DNA of 64,000 nt from an uncultured Chloroflexia bacterium (lineage in GTDB: Bacteria > Chloroflexota > Limnocylindria > Limnocylindrales > CSP1-4): positions 192,001 through 256,000 of the forward strand of contig CAVPPB010000003.1 of assembly GCA_963707215.1 (NCBI GenBank). The letters run 5' to 3'. A program made the position numbers and the translations under genes. The notes beneath the pieces are model-generated. The model had not been told where the DNA came from and made no database searches. It worked only from the letters and a program-made list of their open reading frames with translations. Of the stretch, positions 51,690-61,918 are shown piece after piece; the stretch's first letter is position 1, and each line of letters opens with the position of its first letter.

Positions 51690-53354
51690 TCAGCCTCCGG
51701 GCGGCGCCCAGGGCGTGGCGGCATCCGCCCCGCGCACGACGTCGACGAACTGGTCGGCGCCGACGGTCATCCACGACCCGACCTCGCCGTCGGGCCAGGT
51801 GACGCGCACCTGCGCCTCGGTGGCCGGTCCGAGCCCGAAGTGCACCCACCCGAGCTGGCCGCCGACGTGCCCGCCGCCGACCGTCAGCTCACGGCGCTGG
51901 ACATGGTCGCCCACCCGGACCTCGACCCAGCTCCCGATCGCATCACGGTTCGACGCCTCCTGGCCGACACGCAGCGCGAGCCAGTGACCCATCGGCTCCG
52001 CCACCCCGGCGGCGCCAGCGCCTCCGTTCCGCCACACCCGGACGGGGTCGCCGTAGTTCGACTCGATCAGGTCAAGGAGTCCGTCGAGGTTCAAGTCGGC
52101 GAGCGCCGCACCGCGACCCTTGGCGAAGCTCAGGATGCCCGCCTCCTCGGCCACCTCACGGAACATGCCATCCGGTCCCCCCAGCAGGAGATTGCTCGGG
52201 TCCCGGGCCGCGTAGTCGGCCTGCTGGTCGATGTTGCCCTTGGAGATGAAGAGGTCGACGAAGCCGTCGTTGTTGACGTCGCGGAACTCCGGATGCCAGG
52301 CGGTCGAGGGCAGCGGATCACCTCCCGTGAACGGCTTCCGCGCGTCTGCGCCGCGATCGACCGCGATGTCCCGATACGTCGGTTGGCTCGGTCCGGCCAA
52401 CAGGGTCTCGAGTTTGTTCAGGCCCTGGCTGGTGAGGTAGATCTCCGGGTAGCCGTCCCCGGTGAGGTCATGGCTCGCGATACCCATGCCGAAGACCTGC
52501 ACGCGCACCCAGCCGTCGTCGGCGGTGTACAGCCGCGGCTCTCCGTCAGCGATCCGCCAGAGCTGCTCCTCGCCGTTGACGAAGTCGTAGTAGTGACGGT
52601 CGTTGCTGACCCGGAGATCGCGGCGGCCGGACAGGTCCCAGTCGCTGAACAGCATCGACAACGGGCAGTATCCGGGAGCCAGCGGCTCGCCCGTCCCGTA
52701 CGAGGTCCCGGCAGCGTCGGGCCGGATGAGCAGGTTGTCGTCGCATTCATACGTCGGCTCACCGGACTCGTCGAGCTTCAGGTAGTGACCGATGGCCAGC
52801 GTCGGCAGTCGCGCGTCGCCCTCCCAGGTGGCACTGAACGCCATCGTCTGGTCATCGCCGCCCGCGAAGGACCAGGTCTCGTTGGCCCGCTCGAACCGGC
52901 AGTCCCCGAGGCCACGCAACAGCAGGTCCTCTCCGACCCTCAGCACCGCGAGGTCCACGTGCCCGTCGCCGTCGATGTCGACGGGGTAGGCACCAGTGAC
53001 GGCAGGCTGGTCCGAGGCCGGGTCGGTCAGCCTCTCGAATCGCAGCGCGCCCCCGACCGGGCTCCGGTTGCGATAGAGCGCGGCCGACCCGGCACCGCCG
53101 GCCAGGTACAGGTCGGGACGGCCATCCTCGTCACAGTCGAAGACCGCGACCCCGCCGCCCAGGGCGTAGGCGAACCCGCCTTCGTAGGTGTGGTCGATCC
53201 CGGCGGCGGTCGTCTCGTCCAGGAATCGCGGGGCAGCGAGCGCGGTGGTCGGCGCGACCGGTCGCGTCATGAAGGCCAGGAACGCAGCACCGCCGACGAG
53301 CACCAGCCCAAGGACCAGTGCGCCGGCGAGCAGGCCCCCCGCTCGACGGGTCAA
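51690..53354 (-). CDS. CRTAC1-like FG-GAP repeat protein with C-terminal ASPIC/UnbV domain, N-terminally anchored
   Basis: Repeated Ca-binding D.D.DG..DL motifs (DCDEDGRPDL, DIDGDGHVDL, DVNNDGFVDL, DLNLDGLLDL); NRDAIG.V.V, VHFGLG, VTWPDG; TM helix after RR. Confidence 0.85.
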   Translation of the reverse strand: MTRRAGGLLAGALVLGLVLVGGAAFLAFMTRPVAPTTALAAPRFLDETTAAGIDHTYEGGFAYALGGGVAVFDCDEDGRPDLYLAGGAGSAALYRNRSPVGGALRFERLTDPASDQPAVTGAYPVDIDGDGHVDLAVLRVGEDLLLRGLGDCRFERANETWSFAGGDDQTMAFSATWEGDARLPTLAIGHYLKLDESGEPTYECDDNLLIRPDAAGTSYGTGEPLAPGYCPLSMLFSDWDLSGRRDLRVSNDRHYYDFVNGEEQLWRIADGEPRLYTADDGWVRVQVFGMGIASHDLTGDGYPEIYLTSQGLNKLETLLAGPSQPTYRDIAVDRGADARKPFTGGDPLPSTAWHPEFRDVNNDGFVDLFISKGNIDQQADYAARDPSNLLLGGPDGMFREVAEEAGILSFAKGRGAALADLNLDGLLDLIESNYGDPVRVWRNGGAGAAGVAEPMGHWLALRVGQEASNRDAIGSWVEVRVGDHVQRRELTVGGGHVGGQLGWVHFGLGPATEAQVRVTWPDGEVGSWMTVGADQFVDVVRGADAATPWAPPGG

Positions 53355-53400
53355 TCGGTCGCCCTCGCTTCGGAGGACCGCTGATCCCCGCCGGTCGCGC

Positions 53401-55305
53401 TCACCCGGCGCTCCCGGCGAAGTAGCGCTGGGCCGTGACCCAGGCGGCCTGGCCGCACGCCGAACCGACGATCCGGCCGTTGAGATCGTCAGCCTTGATG
53501 TGGATGCCGCCCCAGAGGCGCGACTGACCGGCCTGGTCGGCGGCGTCGTAGTACGTCGCCCACTCGAGACGGATGGGCGTCTCCGGCCCCTTCTCGAACC
53601 TGAGCGAGTCGGCCTCGACCGTGTAGCCGCTGACCCCGCCAGGGAAGTACTCGCTGCCGGTCATCGCGACCAGGACCTCGGCGGCCGCGCGACTGAACGT
53701 GCTGTGCCCGGACGTGTAGCCGGCGAACGACGGGGTGACGAACGTCGGCAGCTGGTACGGCACCCAGTCGACGGCCAGGATCCACCGCACGCCGGAGACC
53801 TGCGTCTCGGGGTCCTCCGGCGTGCCCGCCCACGTGTAGACGGCGATCTCCCCCTCGTGGCCCTGGAGGGCCTCGTGACGCTGACCTGGAGCGGACGTTT
53901 CGGCGGTGATCAGCTCGACCAGGTCGGGCACGAGCGGAAGCCCCTCAGGGTCGTATGACGGCAATAGAGGGTCGCTCGACTGGCCCAGACCTCCCATGTA
54001 CCGGATCATCGAGATCGGCCTGGTCGAGTCGTAGTAGCCCTTCAGGCCCCAGGACGCGATCGCCGCATCGTGCACCGCACCGTTGACCGCGAAGTAGAGC
54101 TTGACGTCCCACTCGAGCCGATCCAGGACCGGGCCCTTGCGGCCGATCCGGAGATCGGGGTCGAGCTCATCCGATACGAGGTTGGCGAGGACGTTCCAGT
54201 GGCCGGGTGGCGTCTCCGAGTCCGGTCCGTCGGCCCAGAACTCGGCGACGACACGGCTGAAGTCGCCTCGGTTGACGATCTCGGGCGGGTACGCCTCGCC
54301 TGTCGCCGGATTGACCGGGTGGCCGGTGCCGTCGTTCGAGCCCAACGAGTTGCCTCCCAGGGCGGAGGGCGAGATGTCGATCATCACGCCCTGCGACGGG
54401 TCGAGCATGCTGCTGTCGCGGATCACCTCGATCGCCTGGTCCTTGAACGCCCGGTCGGTCGCAGGGTCGCCGAGGCGCGGCGGGGGGCCGGGATCGAACG
54501 GCGTGCCCGTGCTGCCACCATCCGGGATCCCGAACCCCTTCACGTGGCCCCAGTGAGACCCCACGAACTGCTGCACTCCGTTGGTGAGCGGGATGCCGTT
54601 CTGGGAGATCATCCGCTCGATCTGCAGCGGCTGCCAGCGGTTCGGGTCCGTCATCCGGGCCCCTGGCTGGTTCACCGTCAACGGCGGGTTCACCGGATGG
54701 TAGTCGGGGTCGACCGCGCCGGCCTTCTCGTTGGCCCCATCGGTCGCACCGTAGGCCAGGTAGGCGGCCGCGATGCGGTTGCCGAGCGCCGCGGGCGAGT
54801 CGCCCTCGCTCGTGGTCACGTCGAGCGGATAGCACAGGGCGTCCATCAGGTCGGCGAACTCGGAGAGCGACTCGTCGGCGCCGGCTGCCCGGATGTACCG
54901 TGCAGTGAGCAGCCGATACGCCGCGTAGCTCATCGCCTCATCCCGCGCCGCGGTGACGTCGCCAGCGGTGCGCTCCTCGTCGACGAGATAGCCCCGGGCC
55001 GTCCGGTCATACGCAGCCCAGGCATCCCACATGGCGGCCGAGGCGTGGAAGAGGTTCCGCGCATGGACCGTCGGCGCCGGCAGGTCACGCCGGATCGCGT
55101 CGAGCAGGGCCTCATCCCAGCGTCGGGCGACGGTCCATTCGGGATGCTCGGCGACCGGCGGGCACGCCGGCTGTGACGTCCAGGGCTGGATGACGGCGGC
55201 GATCAGGACGACGGCGATCAGGACGGCGCCCGAGGCCGCGGCAGCGGCCCAGACCCATCGCCGCGATCGCGGGCGGGCGCCCGAAGGTATGGGTTCCTGT
55301 GCCAC
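53401..55305 (-). CDS. Vanadium-dependent haloperoxidase-like (PAP2 superfamily) exported protein
   Basis: Vanadate-site motifs K-x6-RP (LKGYYDSTRP), YTSGHS and SRLWGGIH; VARRWDE..L.AIR, FWADG...PPGHW; N-terminal TM/signal segment. Confidence 0.82.
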   Translation of the reverse strand: MAQEPIPSGARPRSRRWVWAAAAASGAVLIAVVLIAAVIQPWTSQPACPPVAEHPEWTVARRWDEALLDAIRRDLPAPTVHARNLFHASAAMWDAWAAYDRTARGYLVDEERTAGDVTAARDEAMSYAAYRLLTARYIRAAGADESLSEFADLMDALCYPLDVTTSEGDSPAALGNRIAAAYLAYGATDGANEKAGAVDPDYHPVNPPLTVNQPGARMTDPNRWQPLQIERMISQNGIPLTNGVQQFVGSHWGHVKGFGIPDGGSTGTPFDPGPPPRLGDPATDRAFKDQAIEVIRDSSMLDPSQGVMIDISPSALGGNSLGSNDGTGHPVNPATGEAYPPEIVNRGDFSRVVAEFWADGPDSETPPGHWNVLANLVSDELDPDLRIGRKGPVLDRLEWDVKLYFAVNGAVHDAAIASWGLKGYYDSTRPISMIRYMGGLGQSSDPLLPSYDPEGLPLVPDLVELITAETSAPGQRHEALQGHEGEIAVYTWAGTPEDPETQVSGVRWILAVDWVPYQLPTFVTPSFAGYTSGHSTFSRAAAEVLVAMTGSEYFPGGVSGYTVEADSLRFEKGPETPIRLEWATYYDAADQAGQSRLWGGIHIKADDLNGRIVGSACGQAAWVTAQRYFAGSAG

Positions 55306-55358
55306 TCGGATCGACCTCGCTGCTCGCAGGCGGCGCGGCGGCTATGGTACCCCCGACG

Positions 55359-56354
55359 TCAGGAGCGGTCTCCCGCGGCGAAGAGCTGATCGATCACACG
55401 CAGGTTGGCTACCGCGTCCTCGGGCGGCGTCGGGACCGGGCCGCCGTCGAGGATGGCGGCCGCGAACGCCTCCGCCTCGACGGTGTAGGGATCGGCCTGC
55501 TCGAAGACCATCCTCTCGGTGGCCGGGGCGACCGGAGGGTCCCCGCCGGCGACGAGCGACAGCTGCGTCGGGCGGTCGGGTGGGATGTTGAACGGGATGT
55601 CGATCGAGATCCGGCCCTCGCTGCCATAGATGTCCACCCGCTGGTCCGGCTCGGTGCGGGTCGTACAGGTGAACGTGGCGATCCCTGCCGGGAAGTGGAG
55701 GATCCCGCTGGTCAGGACGTCGACGCCGCTGTCCGGGTCACGGGTGATCGCGGCCTGGACGCGCACGGGTTCGCCCTCGAACAGCATCCGCGACAGGTTG
55801 ACCGAATAGCACCCGATGTCATAGAGCGCGCCACCACCCGCCTCGCGGATGTTGCGGATGTTCGCCGGGTCGTCGTTGTAGTACGAGAACCAGCTGTCCA
55901 CCGCCCGGAGCCGACCGATCCGGCCAGCCGCGACCAGCGCCCGGGCGGCGACCCATGACGGATGGAGGCGGTACATGAAGGCCTCCATCAGCAGCACGCC
56001 GGCCTCGCGGCACGCGTCGACGACCTCCTGGGCCTCGGCACTGGTCAGCGCCAAGGGCTTCTCGCACAGCACATGCTTCCCCGCTCGAGCCGCCGCGATC
56101 GCCCAGCGGGCGTGGAGGTGGTTGGGAAGCGGGATGTAGACCGCATCGACGTCCGGGTCGGCGAGCAGCGCCTCATACGAGGCGTGGGCGCGCGGGATCC
56201 CGAGCGCGGCGGCGGCCGCGCGGGCGCGGTCGACATCGCGCGAGGCGATGGCTGCCAGCTCGCATCGCTCGGCCTTCAGCAGGCCCGGGCCGGTCTTGCT
56301 GATGGCGATGTCGGCGGTCGACAGGATGCCCCAGTGGATGACGTCCACGTCCAT
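55359..56354 (-). CDS. Gfo/Idh/MocA oxidoreductase (xylose/glucose dehydrogenase-like subgroup)
   Basis: WGILSTADIA, YIPLPNHLH, KHVLCEKP, LMEAFMYRLHP, GGGALYDIGCY. Confidence 0.88.
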   Translation of the reverse strand: MDVDVIHWGILSTADIAISKTGPGLLKAERCELAAIASRDVDRARAAAAALGIPRAHASYEALLADPDVDAVYIPLPNHLHARWAIAAARAGKHVLCEKPLALTSAEAQEVVDACREAGVLLMEAFMYRLHPSWVAARALVAAGRIGRLRAVDSWFSYYNDDPANIRNIREAGGGALYDIGCYSVNLSRMLFEGEPVRVQAAITRDPDSGVDVLTSGILHFPAGIATFTCTTRTEPDQRVDIYGSEGRISIDIPFNIPPDRPTQLSLVAGGDPPVAPATERMVFEQADPYTVEAEAFAAAILDGGPVPTPPEDAVANLRVIDQLFAAGDRS

Positions 56355-57061
56355 CACCCCCACGATGTCTCGGTGACCGGCCGCAGTGCCACCTCCAGCA
56401 GCCGGTGGCCGCGCGGTCGCGTCAGCACGAAGAGGACCACGTCAGCGACGTCCTGGGCGTCCATCATCCCCGCGAGCGCGGGCATGTCGCGAGTGCGGCC
56501 GCGTCCCATCGCGAAGTCGGTGGCCACACCACCCGGGCAGACGTTCGTGCACCGAACGCCCTGCTCACGGAGCTCGTGGTCAAGGGCCCGGGTGAGGCCG
56601 ACCTGCGCGAACTTCGAAGCGCAGTAGGTGGCCTCGTAGGGCAGCCCCCTCCGGCCGGCCTCGCTGGCGATCGTCACGAGATCCGCGGCATCGCTGCGGA
56701 GGAGATGGGGCAGGGCCGCCCGCACCGAGTACAGGGCACCCTTGACATTGATGTCGATCATCTCCTCGAGCTGGTCGTCGGGCAGGTCCAGGAACGGGCC
56801 GTAGGCCCCCACCCCGGCGTTGATCACGAGGATGTCCAGGCCGCCGAATCGCGCCGCGGTGGCTTCCGCTAGCCGGGCCAGGGCACCGGGGTCGCGGACG
56901 TCCGTGGGCATCGCCACGGCATCCTCGAGCCCGAGATCGTCGCCGCTCCGCGACGCCAGTCCGAGCCGGGCACCCTCGCCGGCCAACGTCCGGGAGATCG
57001 CGGCTCCGATCCCGCGGCTCGCCCCGGTCACCATCGCTACCTTGCCATCGAGCCGACCCAT
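56354..57061 (-). CDS. Short-chain dehydrogenase/reductase
   Basis: TGASRGIG, INAG, YCASK (YxxxK), PGGVAT. Confidence 0.9.
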   Translation of the reverse strand: MGRLDGKVAMVTGASRGIGAAISRTLAGEGARLGLASRSGDDLGLEDAVAMPTDVRDPGALARLAEATAARFGGLDILVINAGVGAYGPFLDLPDDQLEEMIDINVKGALYSVRAALPHLLRSDAADLVTIASEAGRRGLPYEATYCASKFAQVGLTRALDHELREQGVRCTNVCPGGVATDFAMGRGRTRDMPALAGMMDAQDVADVVLFVLTRPRGHRLLEVALRPVTETSWG

Positions 57062-57097
57062 CTCACGCCTCCTTCGAACCCCACCGGGCGACGCGAC

Positions 57098-57140
57098 TTG
57101 ACACGCCCGATGCCGTTTGTAAGAGTCTGGCACATATTAG
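57098..57140. promoter_or_regulatory. Divergent promoter region with TTGACA and a putative ROK/XylR operator
   Basis: TTGACA at 57098-57103; AT-rich imperfect palindrome TTTGT-N11-ACATA at 57116-57136, between the SDR and ROK genes. Confidence 0.45.
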
Positions 57141-57157
57141 CTAGGGGGCACGGGCCA

Positions 57158-58399
57158 GTGCGCAACGGTCGCAACGAGGTCGGGCAGCGAAGCGAGACCG
57201 TCCGTCGGGCGAATCTCAGCGCCATCGTCCGCGAACTCCATGAGGGCGGTCCCCTGTCCCGGTCCGAGCTGGTCGCCCATACCGGGTTGACCAGGAGCAC
57301 GATCCGAGGGTTGGTCGGCGAGCTGTCCGCCGCGGGCCTCGCATCGGAGCTGCCAGCGGCACGGCTCGGCACGCCGGGCCGCCCCTCGCCGGTCGTCCGT
57401 CTCGACGCGCCGGGCGCGGTCGCCCTGGGATTGGAGATCGCGGTCGACTCGCTGGCCGTGGCCGTCGTCGGACTGGGGGGCGAGGTCTTCGAGCGGAGGC
57501 GACTGGATCGCGCGCGGGGGCAATCATCGGTCGACGAGATCGTCGGGCAGCTGGCGGGTCTTGTCGAGGCCGTGCTCGTCCCAGGGTCACCCCGTGGGAC
57601 GCTGGTCGGTGCCGGGGTGGCGATCGTCGGCGTCGTCCGGCGCAGCGACGGTCGGGTCGCCCAGGCGCCCAACCTCGGCTGGATCGACGTCCCGCTCGGC
57701 GAGCGGCTCGCGGACAGGCTCCGCCTCGCCGTTCCGATCGCGGTCGCGAACGAGGCCGACCTCGGGGCCCTGGCGGAGCACCGCCGCGGCGCGGCGACCG
57801 GCGTGGACGACGTGCTGTTCATCTCCGGCGAGGTGGGGGTCGGGGGCGGCGCGCTCATCGGGGGTCGCCCGCTGACCGGGGCGGCCGGCTACGGCGGCGA
57901 GGTCGGTCACTTCCCGGTCAACCCCACGGGTCGACCCTGCCGCTGCGGATCCAGCGGGTGCTGGGAGACGGAAGTCGGTGAGGATGCGCTGCTGCGCCGG
58001 GCCGGGTATCCGACGGCAGGTGGCAGGGCCGCGGTCGACGAGGTCCTCGCGGAGGCGGCGACGGGCTCGACGACGGCGCTGGATGCGCTCGACGAGACGG
58101 GTCGCTGGCTCGGGGTCGGGCTGGCGGGCCTCGTCAACGTCCTGAACCCACGGCTCGTCGTCCTCGGTGGCCTCTTCGGGCGCATCTACCCGTTCATCCG
58201 GGGCTGCCTCGCCGCCGAGCTCCACCGGCTCGCGCTGCCCGCTTCCCGCGACCTTGTGCAGGTGGTCCCCGCGACGCTCGGCGTCGACGCCCCGTTGCTC
58301 GGTGCCGCCGAGCTGGCCTTCGAGCCGCTGCTGGACGATCCGGCGGCCTGGATCAGGCCGCGAGACCTGCCCTCGATCGTCTCGGGCGGCACGCGATGA
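57158..58399 (+). CDS. ROK family transcriptional repressor (XylR-like)
   Basis: N-terminal wHTH (SRSEL..TGLTRSTI, GRP); APNLGW, NEAD, GVGG, GEVGH, CRCGSSGCWE. Confidence 0.88.
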   Translation: MRNGRNEVGQRSETVRRANLSAIVRELHEGGPLSRSELVAHTGLTRSTIRGLVGELSAAGLASELPAARLGTPGRPSPVVRLDAPGAVALGLEIAVDSLAVAVVGLGGEVFERRRLDRARGQSSVDEIVGQLAGLVEAVLVPGSPRGTLVGAGVAIVGVVRRSDGRVAQAPNLGWIDVPLGERLADRLRLAVPIAVANEADLGALAEHRRGAATGVDDVLFISGEVGVGGGALIGGRPLTGAAGYGGEVGHFPVNPTGRPCRCGSSGCWETEVGEDALLRRAGYPTAGGRAAVDEVLAEAATGSTTALDALDETGRWLGVGLAGLVNVLNPRLVVLGGLFGRIYPFIRGCLAAELHRLALPASRDLVQVVPATLGVDAPLLGAAELAFEPLLDDPAAWIRPRDLPSIVSGGTR

Positions 58400-58524
58400 C
58401 CCGCGCCGCTGAACGCGACCGCATCCGATCGCCTCAAGACGGCGACCTAGAGGAAGGGGGTTCGCATACGGTGTAGCCTACGCAGGACATTTCGTCGACA
58501 TCGACACGGAGGAGGACACGCGTA

Positions 58525-59674
58525 ATGCGGATTCGCAGGATGGTGGTGATCGCGAGCATCGCCGCGTTCACCATCGGCGCCTGTACAGGTGGAGCCACGT
58601 CATCGCCAGACGAGAGCGCAGCGCCCAGCGAAGGCGCCAGCGTCGATTGCACGGTCGGCGTGTCGTGGAACAACTTCCAGCAGCCGCGTTGGGCTGCGAC
58701 CGACCAGCCGAACATCAAGGAGACGGTCGAGGCCGCGGGCGGCCACGTACGCGGACTTCGACGCCAACCTCGACAGCCTCCAGCAGAAGACCGACGTCGA
58801 GACCCTGATCAACCAGGGCGCTGACGTGATCATCCTGTTGGCCCAGGACGAGAACGCCGCCAAGAGCGCGCTCGAGGTCGCCCAGAACGCGGGCGTCCCC
58901 GTCATCGCGTATGACCGCCTGATCGAGGACGAGAGCGTCCTCTACATCACGTTCAACAACGTCGGCGTCGGCAAGGCCGAGGCCGAGGCGCTCCTGGCGA
59001 AGGTGCCGACCGGCAACTACGTCCTGATCAAGGGCGATCCGGGCGACCCGAATGCCTCGAAGTTCCTGCCCCAGGGCTGGGACGAGGCCGGCCTGGCGGA
59101 CAAGGTGGCGTCCGGCGACATCACCATCATCGCCGACCAGTTCACCGATGCCTGGAAGACCGAGACGGCCCAGGACAACATGGAAGCCATCATCGACAAG
59201 GCCAACGCGGACGGCGTCACGATCGACGCGATCCTGGCCGAGAACGACAGCACGGCGCTCGGCGTCGTGGCGGCTCTCGAGGCCAAGGGCTACGGCTACC
59301 CGCCGCTCAGCGGGCAGGACGGCGACCCCGCCAACCTGAACAACCTGGCCCTCGGCAAGCAGTACGTCGACGTCTGGAAGAACAGCAACGAGCTCGGCAA
59401 GGCGGCCGCCCAGGCGGCGCTCCAGCTCTGTGAAGGCACGGCGATGAACGAGATCACGATCGACGTCGATCCGTCCGTCATGCCGCTGACCGGTGGCACC
59501 GCCGCCCCGTTCACCACCCCCGGTGGCAACACCGTCACCTCGATCATCCTGCAGCCGACGCCGCTCCTGGCCGAGGACCTCGACAAGCCGATCGACGCCG
59601 GCTGGTACGCGACCAAGGACGACATCTGCAAGGGCGTCACGGAGAGCGATCCCGGGTGGGACGACTGCCAGTGA
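58525..59674 (+). CDS. xylF: Xylose ABC transporter substrate-binding lipoprotein (+1 frameshift at about 58744)
   Basis: Lipobox IGAC; GVSWNNFQQPRW, then in the next frame VIAYDRLI, KGDPGDPNA, AENDSTA, SGQDGD. Removing one C from GGCCACGTAC restores the frame. Confidence 0.83.
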
Positions 59675-59696
59675 TCGATCCCAGACCCTGATTGTC

Positions 59697-59734
59697 TACG
59701 ACCTGCGTCTCCCTCCGGGGGGACGCAGGTCGTA
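59697..59734 (+). other. Intercistronic stem-loop after the binding-protein gene
   Basis: TACGACCTGCGTC-TCCC-TCCG-GGGG-GACGCAGGTCGTA, a stem of about 17 bp with no U-tract; probably stabilises the upstream mRNA. Confidence 0.7.
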
Positions 59735-59767
59735 TCCCTTCCGGTTGAGTCGAGGGGAAGCTGAGCC

Positions 59768-61087
59768 ATGACCGACGTCGCCGGCACCGCCCCGGACCAG
59801 GCCCCTCCGGCATCGGGCCTGTCGGTCCGTCGCCTGATCGCGGCGACCGAGATCGACCTGCGCCTGTTCGGGATGCTGGCGGCCCTGATCGTCATCCTGC
59901 TCGGGTTCAACGTGGTCTCTGGAGGGAAGTTCCTCCAGCCGGTCAACATGGTGACCCTCGCGGTGCAGGCCAGCGGCGTCGCGATCATGTCGACCGGGAT
60001 GGTCCTGGTCATCGTGTCCCGCAACATCGACCTCTCCGTCGGCTCCCTGGTCGGCTTCCTGGCGATGTCCTATGCGATCCTGATGACCGACTTCCTCCCG
60101 GACATCGTCGGTATCCCGATCGGAAGCCCGCTCATGCCGGTCGTCGCACTGGCGCTCGGCCTCGGCCTCGGCGTCATGTTCGGCGCCTTCCAGGGCTTCC
60201 TCATCGCCTACATCGGCGTCCCGTCGTTCATCGTCACCCTCGGTGGCCTCCTCGCCATCCGCGGCGCGGTCTGGCACCTGTCGCAGGGCGCGGCCGTGTC
60301 GGGCCTCGATCAGACCTTCCAGAAGCTCGGCGGGGGCGCGGAGGGATCCATCGGTGGCCCGCTCACCTGGGCGCTCGCGATCATCGCCTGCATCGCGATC
60401 GTCGGGATCCTCGTCAACAGTCGACGTCAGCGCCGCCGGTTCGGATTCCCGGTCCGTCCGATGTGGGCCGAGGTCCTTATCGGCGTCGTCGGGTGTCTCG
60501 CCGTGATCGGCCTCGCATACACGTTCAACCAGAACTTCTGGCCGCCCGGCCTCGCCACCAAGTACGCCATCGAGAACGGGATCACCGAGCCCGCCGGCGG
60601 GCTGAAGATCCCGATGGGGATCCCCTGGCCGATCCTCCTGGTGATCGGCGTGACGCTGGTGATGACGTTCCTCGCCACGCGTCGCCGGTTCGGCCGCTAC
60701 GTCTATGCCTACGGCGGCAACCCCGACGCCGCCGAGCTGGCGGGCATCAACACCCGCTGGACGATCATGAAGACGTTCATCCTCATGGGCATCCTCTGCG
60801 GCATCGCGGCGGCGATCGCCGCCGCGCGGCTCAACGGCTCCACGCTGGACATCGGCCAGAGCGACGAGCTCTACGTCATCGCGGCCGCCGTCGTCGGCGG
60901 GACCTCGTTCGCCGGCGGCATCGGGACGATCCCCGGCGCCGTCCTCGGTGCCTTCGTCATGCAGTCGCTGGCCTACGGGTTGGCCTTCATGGGAGTGAAC
61001 TCACCCACCCAGAACATCGTCGCCGGCGTCGTCCTCATCCTGGCGGTCGGCTTCGACACCTATAACCGCCGGCGGGCGGGCACCTAG
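59768..61087 (+). CDS. xylH: Xylose ABC transporter permease
   Basis: [61 protein letters not shown]. Confidence 0.88.
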   Translation: MTDVAGTAPDQAPPASGLSVRRLIAATEIDLRLFGMLAALIVILLGFNVVSGGKFLQPVNMVTLAVQASGVAIMSTGMVLVIVSRNIDLSVGSLVGFLAMSYAILMTDFLPDIVGIPIGSPLMPVVALALGLGLGVMFGAFQGFLIAYIGVPSFIVTLGGLLAIRGAVWHLSQGAAVSGLDQTFQKLGGGAEGSIGGPLTWALAIIACIAIVGILVNSRRQRRRFGFPVRPMWAEVLIGVVGCLAVIGLAYTFNQNFWPPGLATKYAIENGITEPAGGLKIPMGIPWPILLVIGVTLVMTFLATRRRFGRYVYAYGGNPDAAELAGINTRWTIMKTFILMGILCGIAAAIAAARLNGSTLDIGQSDELYVIAAAVVGGTSFAGGIGTIPGAVLGAFVMQSLAYGLAFMGVNSPTQNIVAGVVLILAVGFDTYNRRRAGT

Positions 61088-61101
61088 CGGGAGGGAGACC
61101 G

Positions 61102-61887
61102 ATGACGGAGACCAAGCGGGTGCCGCTGGTCGAGATGCGGAACATCCGTGTCGCGTTCGGCGGTGTCCATGCCGTCGACGACGTGTCGATCGACCTCTTC
61201 GAAGGCGAGGTCATGGGCCTGGTCGGCGGCAACGGTGCCGGCAAGTCCACGCTCATGCGGGCCCTCTCGGGTGCCCACAAGCCCGACTCGGGCCAGATCC
61301 TCGTCAACGGCAAGACGGTCACGATCGAGAACCCCCGCGACGCGAAGCACCACGCGATCGAGACGATCTACCAGACGCTGGCCCTGGCCGACAACGTCAA
61401 CGCCCCGTCGAACGTCTTCCTGGGCCGGGAGGAGACCTCCCGCCTGGGGAACCTCGACGATGGGGCGATGGAGAATGCGACCCGCAACGTCATGGGCCGC
61501 CTGAACCCCAACTTCACGAACTTCGTCTCGCCCGTGAAGTCGCTGTCCGGTGGTCAGCGGCAGGCCGTGGCCATCGCGCGGGCCGTCCACTTCAACGCCA
61601 AGATCCTGATCATGGATGAGCCCACCGCGGCGCTCGGACCGGCCGAGACCGCCCAGGTCCGTGACCTCATCCGCCAGCTGAAGGACGAGGGCATCGGGAT
61701 CTTCCTCATCAGCCACGACATCCATGACGTGTTCGACCTCTCGGATCGCATCAGCGTCATGTACCACGGCAAGATCGTCGGCACGGTCAACCGGACCGAC
61801 GTGACGACCGACCAGATTCTCGGGATGATCATCCTGGGCAAGGCGCCCGACGAGGTATCCCAGGACGAGCTGGCCGCCCTCCGCTGA
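61102..61887 (+). CDS. Sugar ABC transporter ATP-binding protein (single domain)
   Basis: [32 protein letters not shown]. Confidence 0.9.
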   Translation: MTETKRVPLVEMRNIRVAFGGVHAVDDVSIDLFEGEVMGLVGGNGAGKSTLMRALSGAHKPDSGQILVNGKTVTIENPRDAKHHAIETIYQTLALADNVNAPSNVFLGREETSRLGNLDDGAMENATRNVMGRLNPNFTNFVSPVKSLSGGQRQAVAIARAVHFNAKILIMDEPTAALGPAETAQVRDLIRQLKDEGIGIFLISHDIHDVFDLSDRISVMYHGKIVGTVNRTDVTTDQILGMIILGKAPDEVSQDELAALR

Positions 61888-61918
61888 CCGGCCGCGCCCG
61901 CGACCGATCGGGGGGACC

